NCBI GenBank assembly: GCA_051362555.1
Contig: CM120642.1
Location: 7,378,001-7,442,000 of the forward strand
Source: Lingula anatina
Taxonomy: Eukaryota; Animalia; Brachiopoda
Direction: 5' to 3'
Length of the DNA: 64,000 bases
Made by a program: the position numbers and the translations under genes. Positions 26,044-39,500 of this stretch are shown piece after piece. The first letter of the stretch is position 1, and each line of letters starts with the position of its first letter. The notes under the pieces are model-generated. The model made no database searches. It had not been told where the DNA came from and was given only the letters and a program-made list of their open reading frames with translations.

Positions 26044-28072
26044 CACCATTACCTCAGGTTCTGTAAGCTTATCTTTGTGGGTACCAACAATAATCACAGG
26101 TGGACATTCACTTTCGTCCACAGTTTGGCCAGTGGTAAAGCTGTGGACAGAGTCCAACCAGTAGTCACTGTGTTCTGAAGAAGACAGAATTGTCCAGGAT
26201 TAACAAAACTGGCACATGATACAGAAATTATAGGACTTCATATCTGAAGACCTGAAATAAAAGTTCATTCAATCTACAGAATTGTTAATGAGGACCATGA
26301 TTATGTGTCCATAATCATCAAAGAAATGAATTATGAAATTTCTATTAAATAACTTTTAATTATTAATTTTATTCTTGAACATTAACACTGACAGAGATGA
26401 TTTTATTCCAACATCATAAACAAGGCAGCAAAGTTGTTAAATATGTACCGACAAAAAGCAGAAAATAAAAATGCACAAAATAGGATGCTATCAATGCATA
26501 ATGTTTAACTGCATAGTCAGCATCTAACTTTAATTCTGCGCAACAGGTAATGGCGATGAAGGTAACAAGACAAACATGAAACTACCTTTAGCAGTCTGTG
26601 GCACTGTTTTGTCAAGCACTGGGCCCTCAGGTGACTGTTTGTAAGTGGATATCTCTTTATCAAGTTCACTGCTGGCATCCCATACCAGTAAATATATTGC
26701 TTTTGGTGACAGGAAAGTTTGGTGTGTAGTGTAATATACATGCTGGCCCCCAAAGTCCCAAATTGAAAGCTGAAATTTGCACTCGTCTCTTTCCACATCA
26801 TCTTGACCTTCAAATAATCTCTTTACTACTTCATGGATCTCCTTAGCATCTTCTGAAATGTCAGTCTGATCAATGTCAAATTCAAGATCAGATTCAAGAC
26901 ATGAAGCCTGTTTTGACAAATTTTCATCTGGATTTTCACCTGACTCCATCTCTACAGAGCGTGCCATCACACAGATTTTTGACTGTTTAGGTAGACTTGA
27001 AATATTACATTCCAATTCAGGTGCTTTTTCACCGCAGGCATTATGCTTAAAGCCTGTAAACAATTTTAATACACATTGCATTGGTGAACATGACAATACT
27101 CTTTATACACATTTCTATTACTAAAATGTAAAGTAATGTCAAATTTTTAAAATATATGTTATCCACATTAAATCTTCCACTTGAAGCTTACTTGATAATT
27201 ATTATAATAACTGATGTTTACTTTGAACAATCTTGAAAGCATACCTGTAAAATTCCTTTAATAATTTAGAAAAAATAAGCAATCTTTTAATATCTTTTCA
27301 CACAAAAACTTACTTTTTTTAATGGCTTCAGCTATAAGCGAATGACTTAAGTCATGTTCTTTATCTGAAATATATATATGTAATGTATATAACATAGCCT
27401 TTATTTTATACATCTGTTTTTAGAATCTACTAATGAATGATACATGATTGTGCACATATTCCTACAATTGCAGCTTTATAGTTTGTTATATATGACCCCA
27501 AACTCATGCAGATGAAAGAAGACCCCAAGTGCAACTTCTTGCCATGTTATACATGCATGGAACTATGCAGCTTAAGAATACTGACATAGAAATATTTTTA
27601 CCCAGAATACTACTTTTTTTTTTACAAAATTTTGGTCCATTTTACCTAAGTATAAGTCAAAGGTATAATCCAATGCCACATTTGAATTCTCCATGTGTGA
27701 TTTACGGTAATGTACCATGAATTTTGTACAGAAGAAATTAATTAAAGTAAGAAAAAGATTTTTTTGGTCAAAAATCATGAAATGGAGGGTATTCAGAAAT
27801 TCCAAATGTTTGAATTTCACAAAATTCTGTCATTTATGACTGGAAGTTGTCTGTCCCTCACTAGGCCTTATGATATCTTTTCCTGACAATCTCTGAGGCA
27901 GTCATTGTATAAAAGGCAATTGTGACCCAACATGGAAACATGTACTTGCACCTGTGCGGACCAAGGTGCAAGATAATGATGACCCAATGATCGGTACTGT
28001 TGGCTAGGGACACAAAACAGTATCGTAATCAATAGTGTCAATTTTCAAGGGCGATTCTTGCAGCCAGAAAGT

Positions 28073-28109
<37 letters not shown>

Positions 28110-28331
28110 AAAATGATCCTGGCACTCAGAAAGGAGTGGACGAAGGGAGAGACGGCTGGCGCTTAGCACCTACCCTGACCAGATAACCTTCATTGTGGAA
28201 GCCGGGCTTGGTGTTACTGTAGCTCCTCTAGCTCCGTGTACTGTAGCCGAAATGACAGCTGATCAGTGTCTATGGCAACCAGGTTGCCTTCATCAGTGAT
28301 AAGCTTCTACTGCAACCAGGCCCCCGTTTCA

Positions 28332-28374
<43 letters not shown>

Positions 28375-31300
28375 TCAGTCGGTTTCCCTTACTATGAGTT
28401 TGGTCGCCAACGTAATAAAGTCCTTACGTCACAAAGTCCCATTTCACGAAGAATCTAAAAGATGATACGTCGTTTTTTCTTAGCTGCTAGTCGATGATGT
28501 CTAGCCTCCTCGGGAGGAGACTTAGGTCAGCAAGCTGAACTAAAACTCAGTTAATGAGAGCATAAACAACAAAAATTTGGAAAGAACATACCTCCTTCAA
28601 GATATTGTGTAATAATATCCTTGAATCGCACTGACATTTACTGAATATTTATAGAAAAAATAAAATGCATTTTCACCCAGCTGATAGCGGGTTTGTTATG
28701 TTTTTTGACTGCTAGACATCCGTCAGTTATATGTAAGTTAAACTAATCAATTAAATTCAAAAACAAACTTTGTTTATGTTTTGACTAATTTTTATTGTTG
28801 ATAAACGATCATTCTCGACCGAAAGAGACCATGAAACATCATGTCTTGTGAAACTTTAGGAATTTTTACATCTTCGTTTCACGAGCTAGGACTTAAGATT
28901 CTTTGTGAAACACTCCTAGTTGACTGCAGTGTAGTCGACCTAGCTAGGTCACTCAGCTCGAGCTAGTCACCTACGGACTTAAGATTCTTTGTGAAACTGG
29001 GCCCAGGTTCATTGCCTTCACCGTTGAAGTCGGGCGGAGCTTCACACACCGCACATCGGTATGTACTGGTAAAGAGCACAGGTACATGTAGCCTTCTCCA
29101 CAGCAGTCAAACAGTGTATTAAGGTCTCTCTCCGCCATGCGCTGGGACCAAGATGACCACTGATGTCTACGATCAAATATACTAGGTTTGGGGGGGGGGG
29201 AGATTTATGGCCCCTGGGTGCTGGGCTCTTTATCAACAGTTCTGTGGTTGCATTTTGCAACCACTTTTTTTCACTCAGACAACCCAACCTTGACCAGCAG
29301 CTGTCAGACAACAAAAATGATTTCTTAGCACATAGTTGCGCCAATGCATAAATGAAAAAAGTGTGTACATTTTGTCATTAAATCGTCTTTAAACAAACAT
29401 GCAAGTAATCGTTAGGAAACCAAATACAGTAACGAAGTCCCTTGAACTATTATAAAAATTTCCTTATCGTAGCGCTAAGATTGCTCACGATCCCCCTTTG
29501 ACGATTTTCCAGTCTGTCTTTTTACTGTCTCTCTCAGATCGCTAACGATAAGGCAATTTTCATACTAGTTCAAGGTACTAATTAAAGACAAGAAAGCAAC
29601 TAGAGGATCACAGAGGCGATGCCGCCTCCGGATATTGTACCACCAGCGCATTCGTATGGACCCCCCCCCCCCCAAAAAAAAGGGGCACCACCACCAGTCT
29701 TGTGCTTGACAAGCTCTATAAAATGCAATCAACAAGAGTTCTCAATATATGCAAAAAATATAACTAAAAATGGTACAATCAAGCAGATTTTCAAATGGAC
29801 CTGCATTTTCCTACCATTGATCACTCCTGTGATTCTCTAGACAAAAGGCCTATTGGTTTTCCTTGAAATGTGTTGTCAGTGGTACATATATGCTGACAAA
29901 AGAGAAAACCTATGGGCAACATCGGGCACATCTCTGCTACTTTTGAAGATATTAGGGGCAAGAAAATATGCAAAGCTCAGTTCATGGTGAAAAAGAAGGT
30001 CAAAGGTCAATTTCAATATCACAGTTAGATTGCAAGTGTATTACTTCCTATTCAAGTTCAATAGTAACTATGGCCCTATCTCTGCCAGTTTTGGAGATAA
30101 AAGGGAACAAATATTTGCAAAGTTCAGTTCATGGTAAAAAGTACCGGGGTAGGTCAAAGGTCAATTTCAAGGTCACAGTACAGTAAATTGCCGGTATATG
30201 ACTTCCTATTCAAGTTCAATAGTAACTTTGGACTTATCTTTGCCAGTTTTGGAGATAAAAGGGAACGGAAATTTGCAAAGTTCAATTCATGATGAAAAGT
30301 AGGTCAAAGGTCAATTTCATGGTCACACTTAGATTGCCAGTACATGACTTCCTATTCAAGTTCAATAGGAACTATTGCTGAAAACTCTGAGGGCAATGCA
30401 GACCAATTGGCCTGCTTAGATCTGAAAATTGCAGGCCCGGACAAGATATTGCCGGCCCGAATGTTTTTTGCATTAATTTGTATTTTACCCTATTTCGCGT
30501 AAAAATTGCGCACTTTTAACTTCTGCTTTATACACTTTAAAAGGACAGTTAAGTAGCAATTAGGTGATTAAAAATCAAATAACTGCTCTTTCAATAGATC
30601 TTTTATTGAAGAGACATTTTACTGCTCAGATAACATCTGGGTAATATGACCTAAAGGTAAACTAAAGGCCAAAAAGGCATCAAAACTCACAGAAAACAAA
30701 TTTTCCATAGGTAAACTGCAGTTTTCCTGGACTAACCTTAAACCAGGCCTTAATTGAGCTAAATCATCCGCCTAAACTACCCAAGAGCACTTTTCCAAGT
30801 TTTGAGTTTCTTACAGCAGCTTTAGACAAAGTGTCAATTATCCCAACCTACACATGACTTTAACTTGCATTAAATAGAGCTTGACAGTAAATTGTATTTT
30901 TCAAACAAATTATGGTATTTACCTAACTCTTATGGTTGAGGAATAAGTTTATTGCTTTTTTAAGAAATCATAGACTTGCCCTTCAAGAAATCGACGGAAT
31001 ATAGCTCTTTTTCAAATCTGAATGGGCACTGTAAAAAACGTATGATAGCTAAAGCTAAAGCTCATAGGTGCACATAGCACATAGGTGTGATATTATGTGA
31101 AGAATAAGTGTTGTAAAATTCAGTCCAAGCAGTTGCGTATATTTTGAGATAAAACGCTTTAAATGTGCAGCAAACCGTAACGCTAATCCCTTCAAGAGCT
31201 CGACGAAAACCGGAAGTGCATCGTGACGTCACTTGTACTTGGAAAGCTGCTGGGTGATTTTCCGATGAGAAATATTTCGTAGCTTATACAAATGTTCAGA

Positions 31301-33444
31301 AAATGACAATGCAGATAAAAGAAAATTCACTAATCATCCTCACACAAATCGCACGCCACGTGTTTTGTGTGCCTCAATTACTACCAGTCAGTTGGCAGAT
31401 AGTAAATGCTGTGTGCCTACTATATACTGGGTTCCTATTGAAAATGGCTGCCCCCATCGTTTTTTAGTGAGTGAAGAATGATAAAGGTTTCTTTAATTTT
31501 TTTATTTCGGATAAGATTACAAAGTTTGAGAAATAAAATATTTCGTTAGAAAGTTTCATTAAGTGAATCAGATATTATTGCCGGCCAATTTGGGCCGACA
31601 TTCACTTAAATTTTAAGAATATTGTCGGCCCGACTCCCTGATTGGTGGGTCAAGGGCCGGCGGCCGGCAAATTTCAGCATGACTATGGACCTATCTCTGC
31701 CAGTTTTGGAGATAAAAGGGAACAAAAATTTGCAAAGTTCAGTTCATGGTGAAAAGTAGGTCAAAGGTCAATTTCAAGGTCCCAGTTAAATTGCCAGTAT
31801 GTGACTTCCTATTCAACTTTAATAGTAATTATGGACCTATCTCTGCTAGTTTTGGAGATATAAGGGACTTAATGTTACAATATTTGAGTTACAATAATGT
31901 GCCATAAATTTCCTACAGAAAAAAAATTAAAATAAAGAAAAGGTCATTTTGGTTGAAATTCTTGAAATGGGAGGTGCTCAGAAGTTCCAGATGTTCAAAT
32001 TTCATGAAATAATGTCATTTTTGACCAGAAGTTGTCTGCCTCGCCAAGTCTTATGTTTTATTTTCCTGGGTCCAAAATTCATTATACATTACCGTACTGC
32101 ACATTTTGCTTTCACCACCACAATGTACTTTTTGATACAGCATAACTCGAAATCCGTATAGAATACAAAAAAAATGGAGACCACGATCAGTGTTGGGCTT
32201 TACATGCTCTACAAAATGCAAAAAAGAATGGGTCTCTAGCATTAACAGTTTCCGAATTGGAGACAGTTTTCAGTTTCGGTATCTTATGGCCGCTACTCCC
32301 ATGAAAATGCACCGATTGACCCCAAATTCACGGAGATGAAAGATAACCCAAAGGGTAACACTTTCCAATAATATTATTGGTTAAGTCTGTGTAGTTTCTG
32401 AATATTAGCGCAAATAATTTTTTTCGTAAAAAATTTCGTTTTTTTGAAAACTTTGGCCCGTTTGACCTTGAAATAAGGGTCAAAAGTCAAATCCAAGGGC
32501 ATATTTGAAATCTCCACATATGACTTTCGGTCAGCTGTCTGTAGAAATTTTTCCAATAATTCCTTCTGTAAGGTAGATAATAGAGGCTGTCCGGGTTCTC
32601 AGCGAGAAGACCAAGTTTCCCCGTGATTTTACGAGATCTGCCTTGAGGTGGGGTTAAAATATGGAGACCACAAGGAAGTAGAGCAGCGATTTCTTTACTT
32701 GAAAAATAGCCGAACTTACACATTTTTTGAGCTACAGGCTTGTTATTTTTTCACTTTTAAAGAAAAAGTATTGATATAATATGTACGCACAAATGACATG
32801 TTGACGTACTACGCAGCAAACAGGCTACATTAGATACCGGGTATAGTGCTATGTTTAGTCTCCGGCACGTCAAATTTGTTATTGTGAGTGAACATAAATT
32901 ATTCATTTTTTTCAGTGGGGATGCCATATAAAACATGCTGTGGCTCTAGCATCATATTGGACATACCCAGTAAAGGGGGCTGGATAACTTCACATGCAAA
33001 TTCTGGGATAAAGATGGATCACATATTGCTTGGCAAATGTAAACCAGTCTAAATTGACTTGAATCCTCTAGCTGCAGGGATGGATTTTTGAAGATCAAAT
33101 GCCTTAGTGTACATACAAACTTAACAAACCTTGTTTATATAACAGGGGCAGTATTGTTATTCATTTTGAATAGGAATGATGGACTTTCACAACTATATTT
33201 AATCACCTTAATGGCCTTTGCAGAGATTCATTTGCAACCTTTTTGTCACTTTATGGGAGTGGCATGACTGTTTTGCTTTCAATGAGATCAATGTTGAAAA
33301 TAGGTCCATGTACATTCTACAAGCATTGGACATTTGTAAATAAAGTAACCCAGTGCTGTCGAGGGCTTAATTGCTTCATTCTTAGGTTATCATAATAACT
33401 AAATTTAAATTATTAGCTCCAGCGTGTTGCAATATAAAATTTCC

Positions 33445-33502
<58 letters not shown>

Positions 33503-36500
33503 AAATATTCTTCAATCGGTGTTGGCAACAAACTTCCATTTCCACTATTTCCCTGATGTAGATGTCAAGAACTTTATATAGTTATCCACTATTTTTCATT
33601 TTTAAATTGTCAATTTATATTACTGTCTTTGGGATTTTAAAGAGATGCTTGTCTAAACATGCCAGTGGATGCAAAATAGACATATTAAAGATATTGTTTA
33701 TTTTTGATTGTTCTTCATTGACTGGTCATTTCATGAGATCCGTTTGAACAACAAAAGCTTTATAACTGCAACTAATTTTTCTTTATAAATGTTTTACTAT
33801 TAAACTTTATTTATCAAGAAGTAAAATAAAATCATTTGACATTTCATTTACTGATGGATGCATATCAGAACATTAGACTTGCCTGCATCTTTGTTTTAAT
33901 TTCACTAAATTTATAGTAACTAATTCAAGAGGCTCGAGTTTGATCATAAAATTAATTTTCTTCATTTATTTACTTATGGAAATGATGCTATAGAAACTAA
34001 TGGATAGCATTCACAAAATGTAAGCTTCATTGTGATCAGATCTGACTTAAATGACAGGAAAGATGACAAAAAGTATTAAAATGGACAACATTTAAGTTGA
34101 AATTTTCACAAAATCATTGCATTTTATTGACAGTAAAACATTTGCTGTGTCTGTCATGCTCTAAAATAAATAAAATATAACTCATTTAGTTTTCTGAAAT
34201 ATATATCATTATGTGATAAACATTGTTGTAAAATACCAACTCTAATTTCTACCTTACTTGCAATTATCATAACTGACCACCCGGCATGGAATGTTACAAA
34301 TGCAACTGAACATTGTGTATGCTTAATAGGTGTGGAAGGTTCACCAGTATTTCATAATCAGGTACACGTTATATGGAGATAGGAATGGAACAAGAAAATT
34401 TGTCTGATATAGTTACCGTAAAAGACTATTAATCACAAGTACTAGGGCTGTATTACATTAATAAACCATGGTGTCCTGTAAACTACACACAAAACTTACT
34501 TATTTTAAAAAACTTACTTATATTAAAATATGACCCTCGACCGTTGATGATACGGTCTATACGGTGATGCCATGGAGCCAGTGACGAGCCGGGTGCGAGT
34601 TGTCTGCAGTTGGTCCCTTTCTTTCTACAAAATACTGCGACCTGATCTGTACTTTAAATATGTCGGCACTTAGTCCTTTTAATCAAGCCCAACTTCTCTT
34701 TCTTCACTTCACTCGCCAGTCGTGTCCGTCATCCATGGTCATTTTCCTGGTTTTCTCGCTTAACTTTAACTGCAATGCACCCTACGACACAACATTAGCA
34801 ATTCGCCATTGCGTTGCTCTATCTCAAATTACATGACAACGCCAAATTTTACCCAATGCAATCCTATAACATAGACTTGTGCCCGACCGCGAGAGAAGTT
34901 TCAATGGCAGATTTTAACCCCACCTCTCGTGAAATCTCGCTCCAATCCAGGTCTCGTTTGACGTCATCTGCTGCGCAGATGTTCAAAATAGGCTATCCCG
35001 GGCATTTAATTTTGTCATGTTTGGACAAGGGTGCATTGCAATGAGTGCCACAACTAGACCCCAGCACCGACAAAGCCCAAATTTTACGTGGAACGAGTTG
35101 AGATTATAGGTGATCTAAATCCAAGAGATGGGTACGGAGGCCCTTACCGTCTTGGAGGAGAAGCGGTAACGGTAACATGGCGGCGGAGTCGGCGGAACAA
35201 TAGGGACGGGACTAAAACCATGTGTACCGCCGGCGCCTACGCTGGTGGTACAATAATGGCAATCTTTATTGCAGCTCTTTATTCCTTCTCTTGTCCTGTT
35301 ACTGATGTCCCTACCTTTGACGATGCTATTGTGCAGCTCAGCAAAACTTCAAATCACTATCTCACACCAAGTAAAGAAATGATAGCGCGACAGTGCAGCT
35401 CTTAATAGATTTTTCTTTTATATTAATGAATGGTGATGACAATGTTGTTTTGCGTCCTAAGCTAACTGTACTGATCCTTATTTTGCACCTTGGGCCGCAC
35501 ACATAGTATTCAGGTAAAGGTATGCAAGGGCAACATTATCGACTTTACTGTTTGATGTTTATGAGCCCGAAAATTGCACATGGTCGATTTTTCAGGTGTA
35601 CAAAATTCACAAAAAAACTTCTTACTGGTCGAAATTCATGGTCCATAAAAAACTCTAGACTTCCGATCTTAAGATCATCTGAAATTAAGGAGCCGTTAGA
35701 AATTCATGTCACATTACCATATGCTTACATTACGTATGCACGTATGTGTGTGTGTGTGTATGTATGTGTGTTTGCTTGGAGAGAGAATCAAATAAAACCT
35801 GGCAACATACCATTTGCATTCCAAGACATACACCTGTTTACACACACTGTTGATACATTAGGATCAACTTCGACACCATTGGTTTCAGAGTCATTTTGTG
35901 GGTCATAGCGCTGTTTCAGTAGTGCTTTTCTAAGTCTTGTTTTTCCTGCTCCATGGTGCCCCAGCAACATGAGTCTTATACGACAGACTTTAGTTTTACC
36001 TTCTTTCAGAGCTTTGTGATAAATCTTGAGGAATTCTGGTCCTAAAGTTTGAATTTCAGACGGTACATTTGGATTGTTTCCTGCAAGAGTTTACAGAAAT
36101 TAGTTTGCAAAACAGCACGTATGCAAATATAGTATGATCTATTAAACATGAAAAATATACCACAACAATGAATATTGATCAGTAGGTCTAGCAAATATCC
36201 TGTCTGTTGGAATTTTAAACACCTTGTATTATATACCTGAGATGTGCAAATGGTGAAACTAAAAAAAGATATGCAGATAAAATATTCTCTTTTTATCCAC
36301 TTTGAATACTTTATGAATTCACGTTTTTCAGGACAAAAATGTGCATTTATAAAATGGCATCTAGACAACGTTAACTTTACTCACTGTGTTGTCTCTAGAG
36401 TAAATATTTGTGTTTTGAGCTCTGTGGGAATTTTACACATTATCACAAATATTAATTTTTCATAAAAATATTGTTAAGTGAAGCTTTACTGTCATTGAGG

Positions 36501-39500
36501 GCACATCAGTTTTGCAATTCAGCAATACAGTTTGCCATGGAACTAATCTAATCCCTGGATCAAATTTGCTATTAACCATGAGGACATAAAGGGTTTGGTG
36601 CCTAGACTTAGTGCGACAATAGATCATAGAAATCATGCATGATTACCATGACTAACATTTTATCAAAATTTACTTTGTCTCCTCTGTGATATATAGATTT
36701 GAAAGGTTTTCATAATTTTAAAACAGACACAAGGCAGCAAAGCTGTCAAATGTACAGACAAAAAGCAGAAAATAACAAGGCAGCAAAGCTGTCAAATGTA
36801 CAGACAAAAAGCAGAAAATAAAGTGCACAAAATAGGATACTGTCAATTCTGATGCAATAATGTATTATGCTTTACTGCATAGCCAACATCAAATTTTAAT
36901 TCTGCATAACAGTGGATTAGGATGAAAGTAAAATGTGTAACAAGCATTAGACCGAGTTCCCATACCTAGATCAATCTAACAGGATCAATCCAACTCCAAG
37001 GGGTTTCTCACTAAATTGCTTTCAGCTTAAGTGGCTTAGGATTCTGGCATGCCAGTTTCAGTAGGCGTGACAGACAGCTAAGCCACTTAAATTGATTGCA
37101 ATTTAGCGAGAATTTCCTTGGAGATAGATCGATCCACAGTTAGCATGATAGGGTCTGGAAATAGTCCCTAAGGCTTCAGGCTGATAAGAGTTAAACTTTG
37201 GAAATGCCAGAATGAGATAAAGTGAAAATTTCACAAACAAAAAAAAATTGCTTAGACTCAATAAAAAAAAAATATATATATATATATATAATTTAATAGA
37301 GCTGTTTTTTTAATTTGGGCTGTATGTCAATCCTAAGAATCATTCTTGTATAGAATATGTTACAAAGTAACAGTACAGGGCTCCTGGTGGATGGGAGTGA
37401 TAAGTCACATCTTGAAAATGCCAGTTTGAAAAATTAAAAAAGAAAAAATTACAAAAAATGTTCCACTAAAGCTGACATTCGGTCTAGCTGCATTACCATG
37501 ATATAAATCATCCAACTTGAGTTTAAACAGTGTAAACAACTCGCAGAAATATAATATATTTTGTTTTACCACAAAAAAGACAGTCATAGCTATTATTCTG
37601 ATATCTGAACTTGTCATCAGACCATGTGACCTCCATAGATGGCTATACTTTGAAATAATTTCTTAAGAGATTATAACAAAAAAAAAAAAAAACACTTTTT
37701 AGAAAAAAAATTAATTATTTGCCAAAAAGAACAATTATTATCCCTTTAACTGCAAAGTCAAGTTGCAAATATTGCACAACAGGTAGTATCAATAAAAGTG
37801 AACTGTTACATGCCCTTGAGAGTTATAAGTCCCACACTGAAAATGCCAGTATGTGAAGGATCATCATCATCAGTCTGTCCTTCGTTACCGAAGATGACTG
37901 CCTGAGTTGAGCTAGAGGCCCTTCATAGGCAGGCCCTCACGTGGGCTTTGAGACCAGCTTGGGATTTGCAGAAGCACTGACATCTGTTGCATTGAAAGTT
38001 GCATGGTCTGGCTGGTGAGTGTCGACGATCATGGGAACGTTGGTATTCTTGCTGGCGCTGGTCTTCAACAGCTGACAGGGTCTTTTTAAGTAGGGCATGC
38101 CATTGCTCTCTCTGGAGAGCCTCTGCCTCCCAGGTGTCTAGTGGAATGCCAGCCCTCTTCATGTGGCGCCTTATAACATCCTTGAAGCGTAGAGCTTGTC
38201 CACCATGGCTCCTTTTTCCTTGGTATAGTTCAGAGTACATGTATAGTACAGCTTTTGGCAATCTGTCATTTGTCATCCGACAGACATGTCCAGCCCAACG
38301 GAGCTGTGACACAGTTATTAGGGCTTCAGCACTGACTGTGTGAGCACGTCGAAGTACTTCAACATCAGAAATATGGTCTTGCCACTTGATATTGAGGATT
38401 GCACGAAGATGACGGAGTTGGAGTCTTGTCAAAGCCTTTATGTGTCTGCGATAAAGAGTGATACACTCGGTGGAATAGAGGAGGCAAGGAATGACTGCTG
38501 CTAAATAAACTTTCACCTTGGTATTTATGGTGATGTCATGTGAAGGATAAAAATTTCACAAAATGTACAACAGAATAACTTGGTCAATAAGATTACAGTT
38601 TCAGGACCATATGTCAGAGTTCAAATTCACATAATGAAAATCCCATTATGTGAAAAATGATGACAGTGCATAAAATAATATAATTACACAATGTTTAAAG
38701 ACATAAAAACCAACAAAACTGCTTATGTGGAAAAATAGAAAATGCACAGTGCTTCTGGTAGATGGGAGTTGAAAGTGACATCTTGAAGATGCTAGTGTTT
38801 GAAAAGTAATTAAAGAAAATGTAAAATAAAACATAACAAAAAATTCCAATAAAGCTACTATTCAAACTTTTTATCTAGCTGTGTAATTACTAACATGATA
38901 TGAATAACCCTTTTGAGTTTGAGAATAATAACGCACTGTTATTCATCTTTAGCATTAATGTAAGCCTTACACAAAGTTTTTCTTTTGTAAAATTATTTTC
39001 AATATTAAATAACATTTACCTGCATAATAATCATCAATTCCTAATTATGTGACACAGTTAAGAGAGCTAAACCTATGGGACTTTACAATGAAATCTCAAC
39101 GTGTATTTATGTAATCTTATTGAATGGCCACTTGAAAATTAATTAAGCAAAGTACTTTATAACCCTAAAATAACTTGAAAATTAATTAAGCAAATTACTA
39201 TTTAACCCTGAATTAACATACTGCCCGCTATCCATATACATTTATTGCACCATATAGCACTCTGTATAACTGCATTGCTTCCTAAACAGAAAACAATCAC
39301 ACTGGTTTTCCAACACAAGCTGCACTTCAGTCTTATGAAACTTTTCAGTAAGTTTGAGTATCATAAGTAATATGGTTTTCTCTTAATCGCTATCCTGGCA
39401 GCAGTGTCCAAAATAGGATTTTCCTCAACTTTCATGTAATATAACATAATACTAAACAGCATAATGACCGTCAATTTAAAAAATAAAAGTATCATGGATA

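Larger units (their letters stand above)
29598..35256 (-). mobile_element. Family Z copy 2 (inverted), about 4 satellite monomers, interrupted by two insertions
   Basis: Both termini and 31860-32580 are reverse complements of copy 1. Confidence 0.85.
27953..35501. mobile_element. Unclassified TIR element (about 70-bp diverged TIRs) hosting a nest of younger insertions
   Basis: tgtgcggaccaaggtgcaagataa..atcggtactgttggctagggacacaaaaca versus the reverse complement of the right end, tgtgcggcccaaggtgcaaaataa..atcagtacagttagcttaggacgcaaaaca; TSD not resolved. Confidence 0.6.
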
